From Candidatus Humimicrobiia bacterium (GTDB taxonomy: Bacteria > Actinomycetota > Humimicrobiia > JAHJRV01), in contig JBARXA010000007.1 in assembly GCA_049647085.1 (NCBI GenBank), forward strand, positions 47,060 through 111,059: DNA of 64,000 bases. The letters are read 5' to 3'. Position numbers and translations under genes: made by a program. Shown piece after piece: positions 47,259-58,873 of the stretch. Every line of letters starts with the position of its first letter. The first letter of the stretch is position 1. The notes under the pieces were generated by a model. It made no database searches and was not told the DNA's origin. It saw only the letters and a program-made list of their open reading frames with translations.

Positions 47259-50005
47259 CTTCTTTTAAAGAATCTTCTTATTTTATTTTCTAATTTCTCA
47301 AATGGAGCTGGATATAAAATAAGACCACCTAATGAACCAAGAAGTATAATTCCCCATTCTTTTAATCCTATCGGATATGTATCAAATATAGGTTGTAAAA
47401 ATGGAGTGTATATTATTATAAGTTGCAATAAAAATCCTCCCAATATTGAAAATAATAGAGTCTTATTTTCTGTAAGAATTTTTATGCTCGAGAATGCGTA
47501 TTTATTAGGTGATTTGCAATTAAATGATAAAAACAACTCAAATAATACAGCGATAGTAAATGCAACAGTCCTGGCTATTTCAAGTGTACTATTTCTATAA
47601 AACCAGATAAATGCCCCAAGTGAAGCAATAGCAGCAATAATTGCAGCTATTAAGATATATAATCCCATTCCGTGATAAATTGGTTCACTTGGATCTCTTG
47701 GCTTCTTTTTCATTAGGTCTGGTTCTGGTTTATCCATTCCGAGAGCAAGAGCTGGTAAGCTATCCGTTATAAGATTTATCCATAAGATTTGAACCGCTAG
47801 AAGAGGAGGTGGAAATTTCATAATACTTGCAAAAAAAATAATCAAAATTTCATCAAAGTTTGCAGATAGAAGTAGTCTTATAAACTTTCTGATATTATTA
47901 AAAATTCCTCTTCCCTCTTCTATAGCTGAGACTATAGTTGCATAATTGTCATCAGCCAAAATCATATCCGCAGCTTCTCTGGTAACATCTGAACCTCTTA
48001 TTCCCATAGATATTCCAACATCAGATTTTTTAACAGAAGGAGCATCATTTATACCATCTCCTGTCATAGCTACAATTTCACCATCTTTTCTAAGCGAGTT
48101 TATTATTCTTAATTTATGTTCGGGAGATACTCTTGCAAACACTGAGACATCTTTTATAGTCTGACTTAATTCTTCATCACTAATATCTTCCAAATCTCTT
48201 CCACTAAGGGATTTTCCAGCATCTTTCTCTTTCATTATGCCTGTTTCAATTGCAACAGCCTCAGCTGTAAGTTGATGATCGCCTGTAACAACTATTGTTC
48301 TAATTCCAGCATCCCTGGCTTTTTTTACTGCATCTTTGACCTCTATTCTTGGAGGATCTACTATACCTACTAAACCAATGAAAATCATATCTTCTTCTAT
48401 ATTTTCTTTACTATGGTAGTTTTCAAGAGGTTTATAGGCTATTGCTAAAACTCTTAAAGCTCTATTTGCCATATTTATGACTGCTTCAAGAATATCTTTT
48501 TTATCTCTTAGATTTAGATCATCAATTCCAGATTTTTTGTAGAATTTTTTACAAACACTAAGAACTCTTTCTGGAGCTCCCTTTGAGAAAGCAAAAAATT
48601 TATTATCACTTTGATTAATAGTGGTCATCATTTTTCTTACAGAGTCAAATGGAATTTCATCAATCCTGGAAAAGTTTTTGATTAGGTGTTCAATATCAAA
48701 TCCAGCCTTTGAAGAAAGAACAGTTAAAGCTATCTCTGTAGGTGCACCACTTGTAAAATAATTGCCCTTTTTATCTAATTTTAAAGTTGAATCGTTACAG
48801 AGAGTTCCCCCTTTTATCAATAAGTTCAGAAGCTCATCATCCAGTAGGCTTATTTTTTGACCGTTAACTTTAAATTCACCTTCGGGAATATACCCCTCAC
48901 CTGTAACATTAATTTTAGTACCATCTGTCCATATTTCCCTGACAGTCATCTCATTTCTTGTGATTGTACCAGTTTTATCTGTACAAATAATAGTGGAGCT
49001 TCCGAGAGTTTCAACAGAGGATAATCTTCTAACAATAGAGTTTCTTTTTGCCATTCTTCTAACTCCCAGAGCAAGTGTTATTGTAACAACAGCAGGCAAG
49101 CCTTCTGGAACAGCCGAAACTGCTAATCCTATTGCTGTTAATACTATTTCGTTTATATTTACCATATTACCAATAGCTCTATATTCTATGATTTCAACAA
49201 CTGCTACTATTGCGCAAAGGATAAGTACAACAATTCCAAGTTGCCTTCCAAATCTATCAAGTTTCTTTTGAAGAGGAGTAAATTCTTTTTTCTCTTTTTG
49301 CAAGCTTCCAGCTATTTTACCAACTTCTGTAGTCATACCTGTTTCAGTTACAATAGCTTTCCCCCTTCCGTAGGTTACATATGTAGAAGAAAAGACCATG
49401 TTTTTTCTATCTGGTAGAGTAATATTCTTATCTAAAATTAATGTGTGGTCTTTCTCAACTGGGACAGACTCCCCAGTGAGAATAGCTTCATCAATCTGTA
49501 AATTGGAAGAATCCAATAGTCTACAATCAGCCGGTATTTTATCTCCTGCTTTTATAATTACAATATCTCCAGGCACTATATCTTTTGATGGAATTGTTTT
49601 TTCAAAACCATCTCTTAAAACAGTTGCTGTAGGAGCAGAAAGCTTTTTTAATGCTTTTAGTGACTCTTCTGCCTTAAATTCCTGAAAAGTTCCTAAAGCA
49701 GCATTTATGAGTAGAATAAATGCAATAGCAATTGCTTCAGTTTTCTCTCCGAGATAAATTGAAAAAATTGTAGCGAAAATTAAAATAAGTATAAGAAAAC
49801 TCTTAAACTGCTCAATGAAAATACCAAAAAGCGTTTTTCTTCTTGCCTCTTTTAATTCGTTAAAACCAAACTCTTTTATTCTTTTAGAAGCTTCATCAGT
49901 AGTTAAACCGTTTGAGCTGGTTCCCAATTTATTGAATATTTCTCTTATTGATAGACCGTGCCAATATTTCGTTGTTTTTTTAACTTCTTCCTTTTTATTT
50001 TTCAA
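47255..50005 (-). CDS. P-type ATPase, Ca2+-transporting (P2A/P2B-like)
   Basis: 916 aa. TGES, PEGLP, the phosphorylation site ICTDKTGTIT, KGAPE, the DPPR motif, TGDHQLTA and the hinge MTGDGINDAP. Ten TM segments are expected. Confidence 0.92.
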   Translation of the reverse strand: MKNKKEEVKKTTKYWHGLSIREIFNKLGTSSNGLTTDEASKRIKEFGFNELKEARRKTLFGIFIEQFKSFLILILIFATIFSIYLGEKTEAIAIAFILLINAALGTFQEFKAEESLKALKKLSAPTATVLRDGFEKTIPSKDIVPGDIVIIKAGDKIPADCRLLDSSNLQIDEAILTGESVPVEKDHTLILDKNITLPDRKNMVFSSTYVTYGRGKAIVTETGMTTEVGKIAGSLQKEKKEFTPLQKKLDRFGRQLGIVVLILCAIVAVVEIIEYRAIGNMVNINEIVLTAIGLAVSAVPEGLPAVVTITLALGVRRMAKRNSIVRRLSSVETLGSSTIICTDKTGTITRNEMTVREIWTDGTKINVTGEGYIPEGEFKVNGQKISLLDDELLNLLIKGGTLCNDSTLKLDKKGNYFTSGAPTEIALTVLSSKAGFDIEHLIKNFSRIDEIPFDSVRKMMTTINQSDNKFFAFSKGAPERVLSVCKKFYKKSGIDDLNLRDKKDILEAVINMANRALRVLAIAYKPLENYHSKENIEEDMIFIGLVGIVDPPRIEVKDAVKKARDAGIRTIVVTGDHQLTAEAVAIETGIMKEKDAGKSLSGRDLEDISDEELSQTIKDVSVFARVSPEHKLRIINSLRKDGEIVAMTGDGINDAPSVKKSDVGISMGIRGSDVTREAADMILADDNYATIVSAIEEGRGIFNNIRKFIRLLLSANFDEILIIFFASIMKFPPPLLAVQILWINLITDSLPALALGMDKPEPDLMKKKPRDPSEPIYHGMGLYILIAAIIAAIASLGAFIWFYRNSTLEIARTVAFTIAVLFELFLSFNCKSPNKYAFSSIKILTENKTLLFSILGGFLLQLIIIYTPFLQPIFDTYPIGLKEWGIILLGSLGGLILYPAPFEKLENKIRRFFKRS

Positions 50006-50142
50006 TTTTATCCACTTCTATTAAAATTTAAAATTAAATAAAAATTTGTCACCGTATGTTGATATTATTTTTTTATATTAACATAATAGATAAAATTATA
50101 TCAAATAAATTGATGTGGAGAGAAGGCGGGTAAGTTTGCATT

Positions 50143-50154
50143 GTCATTGCGAGC
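50143..50154. repeat. Third (truncated) copy of the GTCATTGCGAGC repeat core
   Basis: An exact GTCATTGCGAGC lies in the divergent intergenic region between the P-type ATPase and eno. It is preceded by a GC-richer stretch, GGAGAGAAGGCGGGTAAG. Confidence 0.6.
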
Positions 50155-50350
50155 AATAATAAGTATACTTGTGAGATAAAAGTATTAATTTATTAATCCC
50201 GAAAAATAAAAATAGTTTATAATAAAATTTAGTTTGATTGTTAATAAAGAGTGGGATTAGATATTCACTAAGCTATTGTAGATATATTTATAAGAGATTT
50301 TAAAAAAATTTAAAAGGAGGATGAACTCTTCGGCTCACTTTAGAAATTAG

Positions 50351-51679
<1,329 letters not shown>

Positions 51680-51730
51680 TTTTTATAATTAATAAATTAA
51701 ACTATATTTTTGGAGGTAAATTAATTAAGA

Positions 51731-52906
51731 ATGGATAGGATATATTTTGACCATTCAGCAACAACACAGGTTCTTCCTGAAGTTCTTGAGACTATGTTAC
51801 CATGCTTCACAAAATTTTATGGAAATGCTTCAGAACCTCATACGCCAGGAAATGAAGCATTTGAACTGCTTCTAAAATCAAGAGATACAATAGCCAGTGC
51901 AATAAATGCAAAACCTGAGGAGATAATATTTACATCAGGTGGAACAGAAAGTGATAACCTGGCTATTAAGGGAGTTGCTGAAGCTTACAAGAAAAAAGGT
52001 AATCGCATAATAATATCTTCTATTGAACACCCAGCAGTTGGAAATACATGTAAATATTTGGAGAAAGTTGGATATGATGTAACCTATATTCCAGTAGATA
52101 AAAATGGAGTGGTTAATCCTAAAGATGTTGAGAATGCAATAAATAGCAAAACTACATTGATTAGTATAATGCATGCAAACAATGTTGTTGGGAGTATACA
52201 GCCAATAGAGGAAATTGGAGAAATTGCTAAAAAAAGAGGAATTATATTTCATACTGATGCCGTGCAATCTTTTGGTACCTTAGAGATAGATGTTGAGAAG
52301 TTAAATGTTGATTTATTATCAATGTCATCTCATAAACTTCATGGACCTAAGGGAGTTGGGGCTTTGTATAAAAGAAAAGGAGTGAAAATTACTCCTCTTA
52401 TACATGGAGGAGAACACGAGAAAAGAAGAAGAGCGGGAACAGAAAATATCCCGGGAATTGTAGGATTTGCAAAAGCAGTAGAAATTGCTATAAGTGAAAT
52501 TGATGAAAAAGCTAAGAAATTAAAGGAACTTAGAGAATATCTTGTTAAGGGTGTGTTGGAAAGAATTGATGATGTTATATATTTAGGACATCCAGAAAAC
52601 AGACTTCCAGGACATGTAAGTTTTGCTATTAAATATGTAGAGGGTGAATCGATAGTTTTAGGTTTAGATAATAAGAGAGTAGCTATTTCAAGTGGTTCAG
52701 CTTGTGCTTCTATGAAATTGGAGCCATCTCATGTTTTATTAGCAATGGGAATTGTGCCTGAAATAGCACAAGGTTCAATAAGAATCTCTATGGGTAGAAG
52801 TAATACAAAAGAGGAAGTAGATTACTTTTTAGAGGTCTTACCGCCTATTGTTAAAAGACTAAGAGAGATGTCACCACTTTATCCAGGTAAGGAGTTTGAG
52901 ATATGA
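51731..52906 (+). CDS. Class V aminotransferase: cysteine desulfurase (NifS/IscS type)
   Basis: 391 aa. YFDHSATT, the PLP lysine motif SSHKLHGPKGVGALY and the active-site loop SSGSACAS. Confidence 0.9.
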   Translation: MDRIYFDHSATTQVLPEVLETMLPCFTKFYGNASEPHTPGNEAFELLLKSRDTIASAINAKPEEIIFTSGGTESDNLAIKGVAEAYKKKGNRIIISSIEHPAVGNTCKYLEKVGYDVTYIPVDKNGVVNPKDVENAINSKTTLISIMHANNVVGSIQPIEEIGEIAKKRGIIFHTDAVQSFGTLEIDVEKLNVDLLSMSSHKLHGPKGVGALYKRKGVKITPLIHGGEHEKRRRAGTENIPGIVGFAKAVEIAISEIDEKAKKLKELREYLVKGVLERIDDVIYLGHPENRLPGHVSFAIKYVEGESIVLGLDNKRVAISSGSACASMKLEPSHVLLAMGIVPEIAQGSIRISMGRSNTKEEVDYFLEVLPPIVKRLREMSPLYPGKEFEI

Positions 52907-53352
52907 AATGTCCATTTTGTGAATACGAGGAAACAAAAGTGATAGATTCAAGATTAACTGAAGAAGGAGATGCTGTTAGGCGAAGGAGAGAATGTCCATC
53001 TTGTAGTAAGAGATTTACAACTTATGAAAGGAATTATGAGATTCCAATAACAGTAGTGAAAAAGAATAAAGAAACTCAACCCTTTGATAGACAAAAGTTA
53101 TTAAATGGTTTAGTAAGAGCTTGTGTAAAGAGAAGTATTCCTGTATATAAATTAGAAAAAGTGGTTGGTGACATAGAAGATGAGTTAAGAAATCAATATA
53201 AATATGAAATAACTTCAAAAGAATTAGGTGAAATTGCTTTGAACAAATTAAAGGAACTGGACAAAGTTGCTTATGTAAGATTTGCATCTGTTTATAAGGA
53301 ATTTGATGATATCAAAAAATTTACTGAAGAATTAACTGAGCTTGAAAAATAA
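52903..53352 (+). CDS. nrdR: Transcriptional repressor NrdR (zinc ribbon + ATP-cone)
   Basis: 149 aa. MKCPFCEYEETKVIDSR...RRRRECPSCSKRFTTYE zinc ribbon followed by an ATP-cone. Its ATG overlaps the upstream TGA (ATGA). Confidence 0.92.
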   Translation: MKCPFCEYEETKVIDSRLTEEGDAVRRRRECPSCSKRFTTYERNYEIPITVVKKNKETQPFDRQKLLNGLVRACVKRSIPVYKLEKVVGDIEDELRNQYKYEITSKELGEIALNKLKELDKVAYVRFASVYKEFDDIKKFTEELTELEK

Positions 53353-53391
53353 AAAAAAATAAATTTAACAAATTATAGTGAAAGGATTACT

Positions 53392-54120
53392 ATGCCAATT
53401 CATGTAAGAGCAAATGAAGGTGATTTTGCTAAATATTGTTTACTTCCCGGTAATCCAGATAGGGCAAAGTATGTAGCAGAAAAATTTTTTGATAACCCAA
53501 AACTGGTTACAGAATACAGAAGAATGTTTGGATATACAGGGACATATAAAGGAATACCTGTATCTGTTCAAACTACAGGAATGGGATGTCCCTCTGCAGC
53601 AATAATTACGGAAGAGCTAATTATGTTGGGGGTTAAAAATTTTATTAGAATAGGTACATGTGGTGCAATCGGTAAGGGATTAAAACTAATTGATTTGATA
53701 ATTGCTACAGGGAGTGTTCCGATAGATGGAACAACTAAATCATTATTTGAAGGAGACCCGTTTGCTCCAGTTGCCAGTTTTCCTATTGTTCATCAATCTG
53801 TGCATGAAGCAGAGAAACTTGGTATCAAATATCATACTGGTCTAATTGCAACTTCTGATTTATTTTATGGTCCTGACCCAGAAATTGGAGAGGGAGCTGA
53901 AAAATGGGCAAAAAGAGGAGTTTTAGCATTTGAAATGGAAGCATCCATTCTTTTTTCTATTGCTGTGAGAGCTGGTGTTAATGCTGGCTGTTTATTAACA
54001 GTTTCTGATATTGTTTCAGGGAGAATAAGGGCAGAAGATTCTGAAATTGCAAAGGGAGTTGACGATATGACAAAGGTTGCACTTGAAACCGTCTATCAAT
54101 TGGAAACAATGGGCAAATAA
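53392..54120 (+). CDS. Nucleoside phosphorylase, NP-I family (DeoD/uridine phosphorylase-like)
   Basis: 242 aa. LLPGNPDRAKYVAE, YTGTYKG.PVSVQTTGMGCPSAAI..EEL, IRIGTCGA and FEMEAS motifs. Confidence 0.8.
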   Translation: MPIHVRANEGDFAKYCLLPGNPDRAKYVAEKFFDNPKLVTEYRRMFGYTGTYKGIPVSVQTTGMGCPSAAIITEELIMLGVKNFIRIGTCGAIGKGLKLIDLIIATGSVPIDGTTKSLFEGDPFAPVASFPIVHQSVHEAEKLGIKYHTGLIATSDLFYGPDPEIGEGAEKWAKRGVLAFEMEASILFSIAVRAGVNAGCLLTVSDIVSGRIRAEDSEIAKGVDDMTKVALETVYQLETMGK

Positions 54121-54428
54121 CAACAAATAAAGGATTTAATAAAAATTTAAAGTAAATTGAATATTAATTGGAAATAATTTATAAAAATTATCTCAAGTAT
54201 TTTGAATAATAAATTCTGTTATAATATATGGATTAATATTTTTATACCTGGTTTTAACTAGAAAATATAATAAAAATTAATAGCAAATAACCAATTATAT
54301 AATTAATTTTTTTTGTTTTTTTTATCTTATTTTATATAAATAGAATCAGATAATTATCAAATTATAAATATATATCAAAATTTAAATATTAAAATTATAA
54401 AGTAAATTAAAATATTGGAAGGAGTGTT

Positions 54429-56369
54429 ATGACAGAAGAGTTCTTAAATAAAACTATAGACCCGGCAACAAAAGAAATGCTCAAATATGCTTATGATAAT
54501 AACATCTCTACTATGTTTTCAAGAGTAGAGGAAATGAAAAAATGTCCAATTGGAGCAGAAGGTAGGTGTTGTAAAAATTGTGCAATGGGTCCTTGCAGAT
54601 TTACTGGAAAGGATTATGAGGAGAAAGTTGGTATATGTGGTGCTACTTTGTCTACAGTTGCAGCTAGAAATCTTGGTAGAGCTATCGCTGCTGGAGCATC
54701 AGCTCACTCAGACCATGGAAGAGACCTTGCTTTAACTTTGAAAGCTGTGGCAAAAGGGGAAGCTCCTGGATATGAAATAAAAGATGAGCAAAAACTATAT
54801 AATGTCGCAAAATTTATGGAAGTGGAAACAGACGGAAGAGATGTAAAAGAAATAGCGCTTGATGTAGCTGATAGAGCACTTGAAGATTTTGGGAGGCAGG
54901 AGGGGATAATCTATTATGTTTCAAGAGCACCTAAAAGGCGTCAGGAGATATGGGAAAAAGCAAGAATATACCCAAGGGGAGTTGATAGAGAAGTTGTTGA
55001 GATGATGCATAGAACCCATATAGGAGTTGATCAGGATGCTGAAAATATACTACGTCATGGATTAAGAACATCATTAAGTGATGGTTGGGGTGGTTCAATG
55101 TTGGCTACAGATATATCAGATATTTTGTTCGGTACACCAAAAGCAGTTTCTTCAACTACGAACCTTGGAGTTTTAAAGGAGGATGAAGTTAATTTAGTTA
55201 TACATGGTCATGAACCAACATTATCTGAAATGATAGTCACTGTTGCAGATGACCCAGAACTTATTAATTATGCTAAATCAAAAGGTGCAAAAGGGATAAA
55301 CATAACTGGAATATGTTGCACTGCAATTGAAATTCTTATGAGACAGGGTGTCCCAGTTGTTGGAAACTTCTTACAACAGGAATTAGCTATATTAACTGGA
55401 GCTGTTGATGCTATGGTTGTAGATATTCAGTGTATAATTCAGGCTTTGGGAAAATTGGTTGAAACTAATCATACAGAACTTATAACTACCTCACCAAAAG
55501 CTAAAATTCCAGGAGCAACCCACATACCTTTTGATGAACACAATGCTCCAGAAATTGCAAAACAGATAATAATGAAAGCTATAGATAATTTTTCAAATAG
55601 AAATGGCACAAGAATTCCAAATGTAAGTAGTCCATTGGTTGCTGGATTTTCACATGAATATATAAATTATATGTTAGGAGGAAAATATAGAGCATCTTTT
55701 AGACCTCTTAATGATGCGATAATTGATGGAAGGATTCAAGGTGTAGTTGGAGTAGTTGGTTGTAATAACCCAAGGGTAACGCATGATAAATCTCATAATT
55801 ATCTAGTTAAAGAGTTAATATCAAGAGATTATTTGGTGGCTCAAACTGGCTGTGGAGCAATTGCATGTTCAAAATACGGATTACTTAGACCTGAGGCAAT
55901 GGAACATGCTGGTGAAGGGCTACGATCTATTTGTGAAACAGTTGGTATCCCACCAGTTCTACATCTTGGTTCATGTGTAGATAACTCAAGGATATTAACA
56001 GTTCTTGCTCAGGTTGTACATGAAGGTGGTTTAGGAGAAGATATAAGCGATCTTCCTGCTGCTGGAATTGCGCCTGAATGGATGAGTGAGAAAGCACTAT
56101 CAATAGGAACTTATTTTGTTGCATCAGGTCTTTATGTTTTATTTGGAGTGGGTTCACCAGTCGGAGGAAGTTCTGAAGTTACCGAAATGATTAATAATGG
56201 ATGGGAAAAATTGATTGGTGGAAAATTGGAATTTGAACCAGATCCTGAAAAAATATTGGAAAAGACAATTGATCATATTCAGAAAAAAAGAAAGGCTTTA
56301 GGAATACATGAAAAGAAAGAACGAGTATTATTTGATATGGAAACAAGAAGGGAGTTAGAAATTGAGTAA
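54429..56369 (+). CDS. cooS: Anaerobic Ni-Fe-S carbon monoxide dehydrogenase catalytic subunit (CooS/AcsA)
   Basis: 646 aa. The N-terminal B/D-cluster motif CPIGAEGRCCKNCAMGPCRF, plus HGHEP, GICCT, GCNNP and GSCVDNSR C-cluster ligand motifs. Confidence 0.95.
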   Translation: MTEEFLNKTIDPATKEMLKYAYDNNISTMFSRVEEMKKCPIGAEGRCCKNCAMGPCRFTGKDYEEKVGICGATLSTVAARNLGRAIAAGASAHSDHGRDLALTLKAVAKGEAPGYEIKDEQKLYNVAKFMEVETDGRDVKEIALDVADRALEDFGRQEGIIYYVSRAPKRRQEIWEKARIYPRGVDREVVEMMHRTHIGVDQDAENILRHGLRTSLSDGWGGSMLATDISDILFGTPKAVSSTTNLGVLKEDEVNLVIHGHEPTLSEMIVTVADDPELINYAKSKGAKGINITGICCTAIEILMRQGVPVVGNFLQQELAILTGAVDAMVVDIQCIIQALGKLVETNHTELITTSPKAKIPGATHIPFDEHNAPEIAKQIIMKAIDNFSNRNGTRIPNVSSPLVAGFSHEYINYMLGGKYRASFRPLNDAIIDGRIQGVVGVVGCNNPRVTHDKSHNYLVKELISRDYLVAQTGCGAIACSKYGLLRPEAMEHAGEGLRSICETVGIPPVLHLGSCVDNSRILTVLAQVVHEGGLGEDISDLPAAGIAPEWMSEKALSIGTYFVASGLYVLFGVGSPVGGSSEVTEMINNGWEKLIGGKLEFEPDPEKILEKTIDHIQKKRKALGIHEKKERVLFDMETRRELEIE

Positions 56370-58542
56370 AATAATTGCATCGGCGGCAATTAGAGGCGCT
56401 CACCAGAAGGTGAAAGAAGCCCAGGAAATATTAGATAAATCATTAGAGCAGTTTGGACCAAAACAAGAGGTTGAGTTTCCTAATACAGGTTATTATTTAC
56501 CCATAATATATGGAATAACGGGAATAGCAATTAAAAAATTGGGGGACATGCAACCGGTTTTGGATGAGGCTAAAAAGTTATTACCGCCTGTTCCTAAAGA
56601 TAAAGTTTGGTTACCATATTTAGGGAATGCATTGGATGCTGGAATGGCTACACTTTTTGCAGAGGAGATTATGGAAGCAATTAAATATATAATGGATCCA
56701 AATCCAGTACAAGATATCTGGCTTGGTGCAGCAGAGGATATGACTATAAGAGAAAGGGGAATAGAATTTGTGGATGGCTCAGCTCCAGGTTTTGCAGCAG
56801 TAATTGGAGCTACTCCAACAAATGATATGGCAGTAAAGATAGCAAGGGAACTTCAGCAAAAGAGTATTTATATATTAATGTCTGGAAATACTAATGGAAA
56901 AGCATTTGCTGAACAGCTGAATGAAGAGGGAGTTGATTTAGGATGGGAAACCAGACTTGTTCCATTTGGAAAGGAAATAGGAGCTACAGTTTATTCTTTA
57001 GGTTTTGCAACAAGAGTTGCATTAACATTTGGTGGAGTAAAACCGGGAGATTATAGAAGGGTCCTTCTTTACAATAAAAACAGGATTTTTGCATTTGTAC
57101 TTGCATTAGGTGAAGTTACTGATGAGAAGTATGCTAATGCAGCGGGAGCTATAAATTTTGGATTTCCGACAATTGCAGATACTGATATTCCTTCAATTCT
57201 TCCAAGAGGAGTTTGTACTTACGAACATGTTGTACCAAGTATAAAAAGGGAGGAAATTGTCTCTAAAGGGATTGAGGTAAGAGGACTCAAATTAACTATT
57301 ACAGAAGTACCTGTACCAATACCATACGGCCCAGCATTTGAGGGTGAGAGAGTTAGGAAAGAAGATATGCACGCTGAATTTGGTGGAACAAAGAGTAAAT
57401 GTTTGGAATTTTTATATACAAAAGATTTAGCTGAAGTTGAGGATGGGAAGATTGAGTTAATTGGTCCAGACGTAGATACAATAGAACCAGGTACTGCAAT
57501 TCCATTAGCAATTATTGTAGAAGTTGCAGGGAGGGATATGCAACCCGATTTTGAACCAATATTGGAGAGACAGATTCACCATTTCACAAATTATGGTCAT
57601 GGTTTATTACATATTGGTCAAAGGGATATTTCCTGGATAAGAATAAGTAAAGATGCTTATAATGCTGGATTCAGAATAGAGGATATTGGAAAAATAATTC
57701 ATGCAAAGTTACATAGTGATTTTGGAGCTATTCTGGATAAAGTTCAGGTAAAACTATATACAGATGAAAAGCAAGTAGAAGAACTTTTAAAAGTTGCTAA
57801 ACCAGTTTATAAAGTAAGGGATGATAGAATTGGTGCACTAACTGATGAGAGTGTAGATACTTTCTATTCCTGCACATTATGTCAATCGTTTGCTCCAAAT
57901 CATGTTTGTATTATTTCCCCAGAAAGACCAGGACTTTGTGGTGCATACAATTGGCTGGACGGAAAAGCATCTAATCAGATAAATCCTACTGGACCTAATC
58001 AACCAGTTAAAAAAGGAGAATTGATTGATAAGCATCTTGGGCAATGGAAAGGTGTTAATGAATTTGTTTATAAAAATTCTCACCAAACGCTTGCTACATT
58101 TAGTGCATATTCAATGATTAATGATCCTATGACTTCATGTGGTTGTTTTGAAACAATAGTTGCAGTTCTTCCAATGACAGGTGGAGTAATGGTTGTTCCA
58201 AGAGAACACCCTGATATGACTCCATGTGGAATGAAATTCTCAACACTGGCTGGTTCTGTTGGTGGCGGAGTCCAGACACCAGGCTTTATTGGAGTTAGTA
58301 AGTTCTTTTTAAGCAGCAAGAAGTTTATAAAAGCCGATGGAGGATTTAAACGCTTGGTATGGATGCCAAAAATGTTGAAGGAAGAAGTAAGAGAAGCATT
58401 TCAACACAGAGCGGATGAATTAGAAATCCCGGATTTTCTGGACAAGATTGCGACTGAGGAAAATGCTGTAACAGAAGAGGAAGTTCTTAATTTTATACAA
58501 AAAGTAGGACATCCAGTATTAGAAATGGAATCAATGTTCTAA
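56362..58542 (+). CDS. acsB: CO-methylating acetyl-CoA synthase (bacterial AcsB, A-cluster subunit)
   Basis: 726 aa and collinear with Moorella-type AcsB. Carries FYSCTLCQSFAPNHVCIISPERPGLCGAYNWLD and MTSCGCFE (A-cluster Cys-Gly-Cys). The TTG start overlaps the cooS stop by 8 nt. Confidence 0.95.
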   Translation: MSKIIASAAIRGAHQKVKEAQEILDKSLEQFGPKQEVEFPNTGYYLPIIYGITGIAIKKLGDMQPVLDEAKKLLPPVPKDKVWLPYLGNALDAGMATLFAEEIMEAIKYIMDPNPVQDIWLGAAEDMTIRERGIEFVDGSAPGFAAVIGATPTNDMAVKIARELQQKSIYILMSGNTNGKAFAEQLNEEGVDLGWETRLVPFGKEIGATVYSLGFATRVALTFGGVKPGDYRRVLLYNKNRIFAFVLALGEVTDEKYANAAGAINFGFPTIADTDIPSILPRGVCTYEHVVPSIKREEIVSKGIEVRGLKLTITEVPVPIPYGPAFEGERVRKEDMHAEFGGTKSKCLEFLYTKDLAEVEDGKIELIGPDVDTIEPGTAIPLAIIVEVAGRDMQPDFEPILERQIHHFTNYGHGLLHIGQRDISWIRISKDAYNAGFRIEDIGKIIHAKLHSDFGAILDKVQVKLYTDEKQVEELLKVAKPVYKVRDDRIGALTDESVDTFYSCTLCQSFAPNHVCIISPERPGLCGAYNWLDGKASNQINPTGPNQPVKKGELIDKHLGQWKGVNEFVYKNSHQTLATFSAYSMINDPMTSCGCFETIVAVLPMTGGVMVVPREHPDMTPCGMKFSTLAGSVGGGVQTPGFIGVSKFFLSSKKFIKADGGFKRLVWMPKMLKEEVREAFQHRADELEIPDFLDKIATEENAVTEEEVLNFIQKVGHPVLEMESMF

Positions 58543-58581
58543 ATTAGATTTACAAGATAAGAATAATATTTGGAGGTTATA

Positions 58582-58806
58582 GTGGAAAAGGAAGTATTAA
58601 TAACTAAAGATATGACTATTGGAGAAGTTGTAACTAAATATCCTCAAACTATGCCAGTTTTTTTTAGCTACGGTCTTCCATGTGTGGGATGCCATGTTGC
58701 TAATTGGGAAAGTGTTGAGGAGGGAGCAGTTGCCCATGGAATTAAAGATGTTAAAAAATTAGTTGAGGATTTAAACAAAGTTGCTGAGCAAGTTAATATT
58801 AAATAG
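58582..58806 (+). CDS. DUF1858 domain protein (hybrid-cluster-protein-associated redox disulfide family)
   Basis: ITKDMTIGEVVTKYPQTMPVFFSYGLPCVGCHVA....VEEGAVAHGI matches the DUF1858 pattern with its CxxC. The likely GTG start is at 58582, after TTGGAGG; the ORF track starts at 58570. Confidence 0.7.
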   Translation: MEKEVLITKDMTIGEVVTKYPQTMPVFFSYGLPCVGCHVANWESVEEGAVAHGIKDVKKLVEDLNKVAEQVNIK

Positions 58807-58873
58807 AGAAAATATTAACATAATATTTTCTTAATCTATAATATTCTCTTAAATATCCACATTAGGAGTTAGT

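Noticed and set aside
58807-58831. AT-only 11-bp hairpin (AGAAAATATTA-ACA-TAATATTTTCT) after the DUF1858 gene as a terminator separating CODH/ACS from the nuo-like genes
   Set aside because: The stem is almost entirely A-T, with a single G-C pair, a 3-nt loop and no U-tract. Its predicted stability is low, so it is not convincing as a rho-independent terminator. Term-seq could still test it.
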